Assembly: GCA_903862655.1 (NCBI GenBank)
Contig: CAIOZA010000072.1
Location: 3,926-67,925, forward strand
From: an uncultured Ignavibacteria bacterium
GTDB taxonomy: Bacteria > Bacteroidota > Ignavibacteria > Kapaibacteriales > UBA2268
Direction of reading: 5' to 3'
Length of the DNA stretch: 64,000 bases
Notes under the pieces: generated by a model
Seen by the model: only the letters and a program-made list of their open reading frames with translations
Database searches by the model: none
Told to the model about the DNA's origin: nothing
Shown: piece by piece, positions 47,683 to 56,567 of the stretch
How positions within the stretch are numbered: the stretch's first letter is position 1
Layout of the letters: each line of letters starts with the position of its first letter
Translations under genes and position numbers: made by a program

Positions 47683-48873
47683 GTGAATCTTAGTGATATA
47701 GTTGTAATTTCTGCTGTCCGTACACCAATGGGCAAATTCGGCGGTTCTTTGCGTGGGATGTCCTCCTACGATATCGGAGCAGTTTCGGTTCGTGAAGCCG
47801 TTCGCCGCACTGGACTAAATCCAAATGTTATAGATAATGTAATATTAGGTAATTGCCGTCAGGCAGGGAATGGTCCGAATCCTGCACGTACCGCTGCAAT
47901 CAGGGGAGGAATAGGCCTTCCGGTTCCTGTGTTCACTGTTAATATGGCTTGTCCATCGGGAATGAAGACTCTCGAACTCGCATCCAATGCAATTCGCCTA
48001 AATAAATCTACCAATGTTCTTGTTGGCGGATTCGAGAGCATGAGCAATATCCCCTACCTGCTCAAGGGTGCACGCTGGGAAGGCTTCAAGATGGGCAACA
48101 AAACGCTTGAAGATGGCTGGAGCGATAGTATTGATCCGCTGATCGGCATGGGCATGGGTGAAACTGCTGAAAATTTAAACTCTAAATATAGTTTATCACG
48201 TGAGCTACAGGATGAATTTGCCGTTCAGAGCCACATAAAAGCAGCAGCAGCTCAGAGCAACGGTTGGTTTAATGATGAAATTGTACCTATTAACATTCCT
48301 GCTTCACATACTAATGCAGAAATAATATTCGATAAAGATGAAACCATTCGGTTTGATATAGATAAATCAAAAATAGCAAAGCTAAAACCTGTATTCCGTA
48401 AGGATGGAACTGTCACTGCGGCTAATTCTTGCGGGTTGAGCGATGGTTCTGCTTCAATGGTTGTTACTAGCCGAGCAAATGCGCTTAGTAATGGTATTAA
48501 ACCGCTGTTCTCGATTGTTGAATTCTCAGAGCTTGCAATTGATCCGGCATTCATGGGTGAGGGTCCTGTTTATTCGATTCCAAATGTGTTGTCGAAGGCC
48601 GGGATGACTCTCGACGATATCGATTTGATTGAGATAAATGAGGCTTTTGCCGTTCAAGTATTGTCTAATCAGCAAGCTCTGGGTTTTAATATGGATAAAT
48701 TGAATGTAAACGGTGGAGCGATTGCATTGGGGCATCCTACTGGTATTAGTGGTGCTAGGATAATAATTACATTGTATCATGCACTGTTAAGATTGGATAA
48801 AACGTTCGGACTTGCCTCTATATGCGGTGGTGGTGGTGTGAGTACATCGATTATTATTAAACGGGAATTTTAA
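47683..48873 (+). CDS. Acetyl-CoA C-acetyltransferase (thiolase II)
   Basis: GTG start. VNMACPSGMK (Cys nucleophile), NGGAIALGHP (His), GLASICGGGG (C-terminal Cys). Confidence 0.9.
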   Translation: MNLSDIVVISAVRTPMGKFGGSLRGMSSYDIGAVSVREAVRRTGLNPNVIDNVILGNCRQAGNGPNPARTAAIRGGIGLPVPVFTVNMACPSGMKTLELASNAIRLNKSTNVLVGGFESMSNIPYLLKGARWEGFKMGNKTLEDGWSDSIDPLIGMGMGETAENLNSKYSLSRELQDEFAVQSHIKAAAAQSNGWFNDEIVPINIPASHTNAEIIFDKDETIRFDIDKSKIAKLKPVFRKDGTVTAANSCGLSDGSASMVVTSRANALSNGIKPLFSIVEFSELAIDPAFMGEGPVYSIPNVLSKAGMTLDDIDLIEINEAFAVQVLSNQQALGFNMDKLNVNGGAIALGHPTGISGARIIITLYHALLRLDKTFGLASICGGGGVSTSIIIKREF

Positions 48874-49290
48874 AAATTATTTCAAAAATATTGGTTTTTT
48901 TAGCGAATTTTTGGTAATTTCATTTTGTTCTTTTTATTGTTTCTTTGAAAGAGTGATGGAAGCAAAAGTCACTCATCATTAATCTAAGTTTGGCAAATAA
49001 GCCATCTTTATCAATTCAAATATATTAGTTTCTTTATTGTTATTCTTTGCTGAGTTTATTCGTCTATATTTCATTACTTATGCCTTTGTTTTTTTTGATT
49101 ATTGACTAAATCCAACCCAAAATATTCGCAGCTTAGATCTGTATTTTTGGGAGAATATTTTTTTGTCTTAAATAATCTTCAAGTGGTATTATTATCGAAA
49201 GTAATAGGACTAAATTAGTTCCATTTTATTTTAAATGATTTGAATAATTATTAACAGTAAATATATTTACCTAATTTATAAGGAGTTTAA

Positions 49291-50418
49291 ATGATTGATA
49301 AATTTGTGCAATGGGAAAAAAATCGACATCAATATGCTAAAGACTGGAAGGCTAGGACTGGTGGCAAGGTTATGGGTTACTTTTGCACCTATGTTCCCGA
49401 AGAAATTCTTTATGCTGCAGATATATTGCCTGTTAGGATATTGGGAAGTCACGAACCTCACGATGTGACTGAAGCTCATATATTTGGAATGTATTGTCCA
49501 TTCAGCCGCGACTGCCTGGCTCAGGGATTGAAAGGACGCTATGACTATCTTGACGGCATTATGATTGCCCAGTCGTGTCTTCACATCAGGCAAGCATATA
49601 CAAGCTGGACCAAACACATACCGGTTGATTTCGAGTACTATCTGCCTATGCCAAATAACGTGCAGAGTCCTCATGCAACTCCATATCTAACTGAAGAAAT
49701 TACTCAGTTCAGAAAAGCCCTTGAAAAATGGATTGGAAGAGAGCTGACCGATGAAAATATCCAGAATGGCATTGATATAATGAACGAAAACCGTGCTCTT
49801 ATGCACGAACTATATACCTACAAAAAAAATGACAATCCACCTGTTTCCGGTGCTGACACTATGGAAATTGCAATTTCTCAGCAGATGGTTGACAAAAGAG
49901 AACACACTCAGGCATTAAAGGAATTGCTCGCAGAGCTTAGTGGAGGCAAATCATATTCTAAGAATTCAGGTACTCGATTGATGGTGCTTGGTAGCGAAAA
50001 CGACGATATCGCCTTTATTAAGATGGTAGAATCAGTTAATGGAACAGTCGTCGCTGACGATCACTGCATCGGAACACGCTACTTCTGGAATAACGTGAAA
50101 CCAAACGAAAATTTGGTAGAATCAATCGCTACAAGATATATTGAACGTCCGGCATGCCCAAGTAAGGACTGGATTGACAGAACCAGAATACCCCACATTC
50201 TCTCAATGGCTAAAGAATTTGATGTAAAGGGAGCTATTGTAATTCAGCAGAAGTTCTGCGATCCACATGAACTTGATATACCCGCGATTACAAAAGCATT
50301 GCAGGCTAATGATATCAAAACGTTGTTCCTCGAGTTCGATGTAACAGTGCCAATCGGTCAATTTAAAATCCGTGTTGAAGCATTCCTGGAAATGCTTCAA
50401 GAAGATGATTTATTCTAA
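49291..50418 (+). CDS. 2-hydroxyacyl-CoA dehydratase / class-I benzoyl-CoA reductase family, small catalytic subunit (HgdB/BcrC/BzdN-like)
   Basis: AAGGAG RBS. N-terminal GYFCTYVPEEILYAADILPVRILG typical of this family. 375 aa. Confidence 0.8.
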   Translation: MIDKFVQWEKNRHQYAKDWKARTGGKVMGYFCTYVPEEILYAADILPVRILGSHEPHDVTEAHIFGMYCPFSRDCLAQGLKGRYDYLDGIMIAQSCLHIRQAYTSWTKHIPVDFEYYLPMPNNVQSPHATPYLTEEITQFRKALEKWIGRELTDENIQNGIDIMNENRALMHELYTYKKNDNPPVSGADTMEIAISQQMVDKREHTQALKELLAELSGGKSYSKNSGTRLMVLGSENDDIAFIKMVESVNGTVVADDHCIGTRYFWNNVKPNENLVESIATRYIERPACPSKDWIDRTRIPHILSMAKEFDVKGAIVIQQKFCDPHELDIPAITKALQANDIKTLFLEFDVTVPIGQFKIRVEAFLEMLQEDDLF

Positions 50419-50433
50419 TTAGAAAGGAAAATA

Positions 50434-51738
50434 ATGTCTATACCTACTTATAAAACTGAAACTTTAAAATGCTGGAATAAAGCTAAAGAAATTCGTAATG
50501 ATTTCTATACAAATTATGCAAGTGCTCATGAAAAAGGCGGATTGAGATGGGCTGGTGGTGCGTGGAGCTTTGGAGCTATCCCCGCCGGACTCGGAAATGA
50601 TATCTTCCCCATCACCGGAGAACCATACGGAGCAAGCATTGCATTCAATAAAGAATTTTCTTTGCGTTGCCTCGAAGCAACTGAAAAAAAAGGTTATGCA
50701 CGCGATCTTTGTTCATACATGCGCTCATATTGGGGATCAATCATCCTTGATGAATATGCTTTTGGCGGAAAGTTTCCAAAACCTGATTTTATGTGGCAGG
50801 ATCATATTTGCTGCAGTCATTCCAAATGGTATCAGGTCGCTTCTGAATTGGAAGGTGGAATACCAACGTACAGCATAGATGTTGCAGTTGGTCCATACAA
50901 TAGTGTTTCTGATAGTAAAATTGAGTATTTAGTCAATCAGATGCACGACGGGATTGAATGGCTCAAGAAAACAACAGGTAGAGAATATAACGATGATCTT
51001 CTCATCGAAGCTGTAAATAACGAATGTCGCGCAACAGCTCTGTGGGCTGAGATTTGCCTTTTGAATATGACCGTACCAACTCCAATTGACGAAAAGAGTA
51101 TGTACTCTCTATATGTTCTCGGAACATTAGAAAAACACTCAAAGGTCGTCGCAGACTTTTATGAGGAACTTCTTGATGAAGTAAAATACAGAGTCGCAAA
51201 TGGAATTGGTGCAATTGCACACGAAAGATGCAGATTGATGTCAGATACACAGCCACCTTGGGGATTTCTCAGCGTATTCAGATATCTCGAAAAATTTGGA
51301 GCTGTATCCGTTGGTTCACTTTATACATTTGGATTGATTGGTGTTTGGGAAGATAAGCCCGATGGTACATGGGGACCTCGCACCACACCCAAGGAATTAG
51401 GTATAGATATCACAACCCGCGATCAGGCTTTGAAAATTCTCGCCGACTGGAATCTCAGCAAACCAGAGTGGCAACACTTCTACTCACCACACCTGAAAAG
51501 CGATATGATGATTAAAATCGCCAAGCAATGGAAGATCGACGGTGTGTTACTTCACTACAACCGCGGTTGTGAAGGTCTATCCCTCGGTATTGCTGAAAAT
51601 CGTCTTGCATTGATTGAAGCTGGATATCCTGTTATGGCTTTCGAAGGTAACATGGGCGATGAACGTGAATTCGATGAAGCTAAAACAATGGGCAGAATTG
51701 ATTCCTTTATGGAAACATTGGGAATGACCATTATTTAA
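50434..51738 (+). CDS. 2-hydroxyacyl-CoA dehydratase / benzoyl-CoA reductase family, large catalytic subunit (HgdA/BcrB/BzdO-like)
   Basis: [25 protein letters not shown] motif. 434 aa. Confidence 0.8.
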   Translation: MSIPTYKTETLKCWNKAKEIRNDFYTNYASAHEKGGLRWAGGAWSFGAIPAGLGNDIFPITGEPYGASIAFNKEFSLRCLEATEKKGYARDLCSYMRSYWGSIILDEYAFGGKFPKPDFMWQDHICCSHSKWYQVASELEGGIPTYSIDVAVGPYNSVSDSKIEYLVNQMHDGIEWLKKTTGREYNDDLLIEAVNNECRATALWAEICLLNMTVPTPIDEKSMYSLYVLGTLEKHSKVVADFYEELLDEVKYRVANGIGAIAHERCRLMSDTQPPWGFLSVFRYLEKFGAVSVGSLYTFGLIGVWEDKPDGTWGPRTTPKELGIDITTRDQALKILADWNLSKPEWQHFYSPHLKSDMMIKIAKQWKIDGVLLHYNRGCEGLSLGIAENRLALIEAGYPVMAFEGNMGDEREFDEAKTMGRIDSFMETLGMTII

Positions 51739-51764
51739 TTTTCAAATTTTAAAAGGAGCTTAAT

Positions 51765-52526
51765 ATGATAAATGTTGGAATAGATGTCGGGGCTAAGAAT
51801 ATTAAAATCGTTATTGTCAATGGACAGGAAATAATCGCCAAAGGCAAGGTCCTGTCTGGTTTTGAAACTAAGGAAACAGTTATGGCTTTATACGATCAAC
51901 TTCTTGGCGAAGCAAATGTGACTAAAGATCAGATTAATCTGATAACTTCAACCGGTAGCGGAAGAAAAGCCGTGGACTTTGCACAAAAGAGCGTTACTGA
52001 AGTTACAGCTGCTGCTAAGGGAGCTACAACTCTCTATCCTAATGTACATTGCGTTATTGATGTCGGTGCCGAAGAAGGAAGATCTATTCGAGTCGATTCA
52101 AACGGGAAGATTGTCGATTTCGCATTGAATGAGAAATGCGCAGCCGGTGCAGGTGCTTTTATCGAATCGATGGCACGTGCTCTTGAGGTATCCATAGAAG
52201 ATTTTGGTATGCTTTCCCTTCAGTCCGACAGGGAAATTCCTATGAATGCTCAGTGTGCCGTATTTGCAGAATCTGAAGTAGTATCGCTTCTGCACTCCAA
52301 AACGGATAAAAAAGATATAGCAAAAGCTGTCAACGATGCTGTTGCCTCTCGTATCACATCGATGACACGTAAGGTTGGATTCGAAAACGATATAGAGCTC
52401 ATCGGCGGTATGGCTAAGAATACAGGGTTCATCAATGCCTTAAAAAAAGGACTCGACTCTGAAATTATTGTCCCTGAAAACGCAGAATACGTCACTGCTT
52501 TCGGTGCCGCTATTTATAATGATTAA
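51765..52526 (+). CDS. CoA-substrate-specific enzyme activase (HgdC/BcrD/BadG-type ASKHA ATPase with bridging [4Fe-4S])
   Basis: Aligns along its length with Acidaminococcus HgdC: GIDVG...TGSGR, NEKCAAGAGAF, VFAESEVVS, GGMAKNTG. 253 aa. Confidence 0.9.
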   Translation: MINVGIDVGAKNIKIVIVNGQEIIAKGKVLSGFETKETVMALYDQLLGEANVTKDQINLITSTGSGRKAVDFAQKSVTEVTAAAKGATTLYPNVHCVIDVGAEEGRSIRVDSNGKIVDFALNEKCAAGAGAFIESMARALEVSIEDFGMLSLQSDREIPMNAQCAVFAESEVVSLLHSKTDKKDIAKAVNDAVASRITSMTRKVGFENDIELIGGMAKNTGFINALKKGLDSEIIVPENAEYVTAFGAAIYND

Positions 52527-52562
52527 AAATATATTTATTTCAAATAAAATTGGAGGTTTTTA

Positions 52563-53429
52563 ATGGCTAAAGAATTCTGGCGTTGGAAAGAATATAATTG
52601 GAAAAGCGAAACAATAGATTGGAAAGATGGTAACACTGTATCTTGTGGTATTGATGTTGGTTCAGTTAGTTCTCAGGCAGTCATCCTCGTAGATGGCGAA
52701 TTATATGCCTATTCAAGTATGCGTACCGGATCTGACAGCCCTATGAGTGCAACTAATGCAATGAATTGGGCTTTGGAAGATACAGGTATGACTCAGGATA
52801 ATGTCCATTACGTTGTCGGTACTGGTTATGGAAGAGTTAATGTTCCATTTGCTAACAAAACTATTACTGAAATTGCATGCCATGCCAGAGGAGCTAATCT
52901 GATGTATGGCAATACTGTTCGCACAATCCTCGATATGGGTGGACAGGATTGTAAAGCCATTCGTTGCGATGAAAAAGGTAAAGTTACTAACTTTTTAATG
53001 AATGACAAATGTGCAGCAGGAACCGGGCGTGGTATGGAAGTATTTGCAGATCTGCTCTCGATTCCAATCGAAGATGTGGGTGAATTATCCTTCCAGGTCG
53101 ATGAAGAGCCACCTCCCGTCAGCAGCACTTGTGTCGTTTTTGCTAAAACAGAAGCAACAGGACTTCTTCGCGAAGGTTGGCCCAAGAATAAAGTTATAGC
53201 TGCTTACTGTTCCGCTATGTCCCATAGAGTGGTCACTTTGCTTCAGCGTATTGGCGTTGAAAGTGATTTCGTTATTACCGGCGGAATTGGAAAGAATGTT
53301 GGAATAGTCCGCAGATTATCACAGGAACTTGGTTTCGAAACACTCAAAACTAACTATGATTCACAGATCGCCGGTGCTTTGGGTGCCGCATTGTTTGGAA
53401 GAGCTCTTGCAGAAAAAGCTAGAAATTAA
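52563..53429 (+). CDS. Second, distinct activase-type ATPase (BcrA/BzdQ/BadF-like partner)
   Basis: GIDVGSVSSQ, NDKCAAGTGRG, VFAKTEATG, GGIGKNVG. Paralog of the preceding gene with an approx. 25-aa N-terminal extension. Confidence 0.85.
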   Translation: MAKEFWRWKEYNWKSETIDWKDGNTVSCGIDVGSVSSQAVILVDGELYAYSSMRTGSDSPMSATNAMNWALEDTGMTQDNVHYVVGTGYGRVNVPFANKTITEIACHARGANLMYGNTVRTILDMGGQDCKAIRCDEKGKVTNFLMNDKCAAGTGRGMEVFADLLSIPIEDVGELSFQVDEEPPPVSSTCVVFAKTEATGLLREGWPKNKVIAAYCSAMSHRVVTLLQRIGVESDFVITGGIGKNVGIVRRLSQELGFETLKTNYDSQIAGALGAALFGRALAEKARN

Positions 53430-53457
53430 AAATTTGATATAAATTGAGATAAATATC

Positions 53458-53745
53458 ATGATTGCAAATTTTGGATACAAAGACGGATCAGGGGATTTCT
53501 ATATTAGTATCGATACCGATAAGTGCAATGGATGCGGTGATTGCATTCCTGCATGTCCCGTTGGTCTGTTGCAGATACGGGAGAATGAATATGATCCTAT
53601 GGCCGATGACAATATGGTAGTAGTACTCGAAGAGCATAGAAAGAAAATTAAATATTCATGTGCTCCTTGCAAAAATGAAGGTAAAGATAGTATCTTACCT
53701 TGTGTTAAGGTATGTCTGCCTAATGCAATTACACATTCCTGGTAA
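53458..53745 (+). CDS. Ferredoxin ([4Fe-4S] Cys cluster protein)
   Basis: CNGCGDCIPACP canonical 4Fe-4S motif plus a second Cys group CAPC...C...C. 95 aa. Confidence 0.7.
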   Translation: MIANFGYKDGSGDFYISIDTDKCNGCGDCIPACPVGLLQIRENEYDPMADDNMVVVLEEHRKKIKYSCAPCKNEGKDSILPCVKVCLPNAITHSW

Positions 53746-53760
53746 TTATTAGGGATTTAA

Positions 53761-56322
53761 ATGGATAAAATATCATTAAAGATAAATGGAATTGATTTGA
53801 CAGTCGATTCAGGTACAACTGTCTTAAATGCCGCTCGCAATGCCGGTGTATTTATACCCGTATTGTGCAGCCATCCTGATTTTGGATCATTCCAGACAAT
53901 CCAGTTGAGTGATTTCATTTATCAGGGTAACAACCGTATTGAAAGCGATCCAGACGCTGATATTACAAAATTACGTGGTTGTGGCATTTGTCTCGTTGCT
54001 GATGAAAATAATAATACTTTGATTCCTGCTTGTAAAGCTGTTGTTGAAGACGGAATGGCAATTCAGACAGATTCTGAAGTAATTAAGAAAAAGCGTCAGG
54101 AAAATCTTGCTGTAATTCTTAGCACACATCCTCATTCCTGCCTCACATGCAGCCAGCATGAAGGATGTATTCCAATGACAGATACATGTGCGGGGAATGT
54201 AAATACAATTGATCGCTGCTGCGCTTTGCTTAACAGATGTGAGATTCAGAAAATTGCAGATTATGTTGGTATTCCTGGGGAAACACAAAGATACATTCAC
54301 GGAAATCTACCTGTGGTTGATGATGATCCATTGTACAAAATTGATTACAATCTCTGTATCTCGTGCGGACGTTGTGTTCGTGTATGTCAGCAGGTAAAGG
54401 GTGTTTTCGCACTCGGAGCCGTTATTAAGGCTGGCAAACTGTTGATTGGCACTAGCGGTGGTCCTGGATTCAACTCTGCAGAATGTAAATTCTGCGGCTC
54501 CTGTGTGGAGGTATGCCCCACGGGATCATTGATGGATAAACGAGTCTACCGTCTTAAAGATGTTAATGAATTTGTTCCTTGTCGTGCCAATTGCCCGGGA
54601 GATGTAGATATACCTCAGTATCTGCGTCTTGTCTCCGAAAATAAACTTGACGAGGCGGCAGAAGTTATTGCTTCCAGACTTACTTTCCCATCAGTATTAG
54701 GCAAGGTATGTTTCCATCCTTGCGAAAGTACATGTAAACGTAATGAAGTCTCTGAGATTCTCAATGAGAATAAAGAAGCAGTTAATATTCGCATGATCAA
54801 GGATTATGCTATGACCTACGGTCATCTTCAAAAAGTTGAAAAACCATCCTATACATCAGGAAAAAAAGTATCTGTTATCGGTGCCGGTCCTGCCGGATTG
54901 ACTGCGTCTTATATCCTTGCTATGAAAGGGCATGCTGTTACTCTTTATGAGAAAGAGGATAAATTAGGCGGAATGCTGCGTTACGGGATTCCACGTTACC
55001 GTCTCCCAGGTGAGATATTGGACAAAGATCTCGATCGGTTGATGGAATCAGGCATGCAGGTTGTCACTGGTAAAACCTTTGGAAAAGATATCACTTTTTC
55101 TGATTTGAAAAATAACGGTAGTGATGCAGTCTTTATAGCAACCGGACTGTCAAAAAGCCGAAAACTCCCGTCTGATGGAGCTTCTAATGCAAATGTTATT
55201 GATGGGATGGATTTTCTGAACGATCTGAATAAGAACAATCTTGATTTGAATTATTTTGAGAACCAAACTGTTGTTATTATTGGTGGTGGTAACGTAGCCA
55301 CTGATGCTGCTAGATGTGCTGTTAGACTAAAAGCTAAGAAAGTAAGGATTATTTGTCTGGAGTCCAACAGTGAGATGCCTGCTTATCCGGAAGAAATAAA
55401 AGAAGCAAAGGAAGAAGGAATAATAATCAAGAATGGCTGGGGAGTTAATTCCATTGCTGACATTGGTAATTCGGAATTAGAAATCAATTTAAAGAAATGT
55501 ACTTCAGTTTTTAATGATACCGGGGCATTTTCTCCATCATTCAATGAATCTGTTAGTGAATCTGTAACGTGTAATAAAATTATTACCTGTATCGGGCAAC
55601 AATCAGATCCGATAGTGGCTAATGATGAGCAGATCAATAAACTCATTCATCATGGTTTAATCAAAGTAAATTCTGAAACTCTTCAGACCGACATCAGAGG
55701 ACTTTATGCAGGTGGAGATTTTGTTTCGGGTCCGGCATCAGTTATTGATGCTGTCGGAGCCGGACGAAAGGCTGCCATTTCTATTGATGTTTTCCTGGGT
55801 GGGGATGGCAATATCGAATTCAATCAAAATCTTGATGATTCATTTGATATGTTCATCGGACGTGAGGAAGGTTTCAACAAGCTGAACAGAATGTATGCCG
55901 AACTGATTGATCCTGATCAACGAGTAGACTCCTTTGTCGGAGTTGAGCAGACTTTAAATGAAAACAATGCATTGTGCGAGGCTAGCCGTTGTCTCCAATG
56001 CGATCTAAGAATGAAGCTTGGGCACAATCCAATGCCGCCTGAGAAATATATTAAATTTCATCCTGAATTTATTTCTGTTGTACCCGATATGGCAGGTGTA
56101 ATTCAGCTTCTCGATGACAAAAAGGAAGTCTTCTTTATTAAGGGAAGCGATAATCTAAAGCAATTTATACAAGAATTGCTCGATGATGGAAAAGAAGCTT
56201 CATACTTTATTTATGAAGAAGAACCTATGTACACAAAGAGAGAAAGCGAACTTTTACAGCAATATCTGCAGAAACATGGCAAAATGCCAGATGCAGGTGA
56301 CGATTTGGATGATTTGTTTTAA
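53761..56322 (+). CDS. Multidomain flavo-iron-sulfur oxidoreductase: NuoG/FdhA-like N-terminal [2Fe-2S]+[4Fe-4S] domain fused to GltD/NfnB-like NAD(P)H-dependent FAD subunit, with approx. 150-aa C-terminal extension
   Basis: 2Fe-2S ferredoxin-like start (LCSHPDF...CGICLV). His-ligated cluster HPHSCLTCSQHEGC. Two 4Fe-4S motifs CISCGRCVRVC and CKFCGSCVEVCP. GltD-type CRANCPGD / CFHPCESTC. Dinucleotide fold VSVIGAGPAGLTAS and second GGGNVATDAAR. Confidence 0.8.
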   Translation: MDKISLKINGIDLTVDSGTTVLNAARNAGVFIPVLCSHPDFGSFQTIQLSDFIYQGNNRIESDPDADITKLRGCGICLVADENNNTLIPACKAVVEDGMAIQTDSEVIKKKRQENLAVILSTHPHSCLTCSQHEGCIPMTDTCAGNVNTIDRCCALLNRCEIQKIADYVGIPGETQRYIHGNLPVVDDDPLYKIDYNLCISCGRCVRVCQQVKGVFALGAVIKAGKLLIGTSGGPGFNSAECKFCGSCVEVCPTGSLMDKRVYRLKDVNEFVPCRANCPGDVDIPQYLRLVSENKLDEAAEVIASRLTFPSVLGKVCFHPCESTCKRNEVSEILNENKEAVNIRMIKDYAMTYGHLQKVEKPSYTSGKKVSVIGAGPAGLTASYILAMKGHAVTLYEKEDKLGGMLRYGIPRYRLPGEILDKDLDRLMESGMQVVTGKTFGKDITFSDLKNNGSDAVFIATGLSKSRKLPSDGASNANVIDGMDFLNDLNKNNLDLNYFENQTVVIIGGGNVATDAARCAVRLKAKKVRIICLESNSEMPAYPEEIKEAKEEGIIIKNGWGVNSIADIGNSELEINLKKCTSVFNDTGAFSPSFNESVSESVTCNKIITCIGQQSDPIVANDEQINKLIHHGLIKVNSETLQTDIRGLYAGGDFVSGPASVIDAVGAGRKAAISIDVFLGGDGNIEFNQNLDDSFDMFIGREEGFNKLNRMYAELIDPDQRVDSFVGVEQTLNENNALCEASRCLQCDLRMKLGHNPMPPEKYIKFHPEFISVVPDMAGVIQLLDDKKEVFFIKGSDNLKQFIQELLDDGKEASYFIYEEEPMYTKRESELLQQYLQKHGKMPDAGDDLDDLF

Positions 56323-56334
56323 GAGGTTAATTTT

Positions 56335-56541
56335 ATGAATGAAATAATATTCAATGAGTCCGAATGGACAAGAAGAAATGTTGCCGAGGAACCGCGTTTG
56401 ACCGAATTGGTCGATCTATACACCGAATTGGGATTCGAGGTCTATCTGAAGGAAGTTGGCAAGGAAGAATGTCCATCTGACGACTGCACAACATGTTTGA
56501 TGGCTAGCCCCGATAAGTACAAGGTTATTTTTACAAGATAA
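56335..56541 (+). CDS. Small hypothetical protein (68 aa, Cys-containing)
   Basis: AAGAGG RBS 8 nt upstream. CPSDDCTTC. Sandwiched between the oxidoreductase and the acyl-CoA synthetase. Confidence 0.35.
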   Translation: MNEIIFNESEWTRRNVAEEPRLTELVDLYTELGFEVYLKEVGKEECPSDDCTTCLMASPDKYKVIFTR

Positions 56542-56567
56542 AATTTTAGAAATCAGAAAGTACATTT

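Noticed and set aside
48874-49290. Sigma-54 promoter (TGGCAC-N5-TTGCW) upstream of the catabolic operon, e.g. TTGGCAAATAAGCC around 48990
   Set aside because: GG/GC spacing does not fit the -24/-12 consensus. No convincing match found here or upstream of other operons.
53971-55646. Several minus-strand ORFs (53971..54300, 54230..54412, 54615..54800, 54996..55238, 55383..55646) and plus 54209..54397
   Set aside because: All embedded in the 853-aa oxidoreductase gene, whose Fe-S and FAD motifs are continuous in the plus frame.
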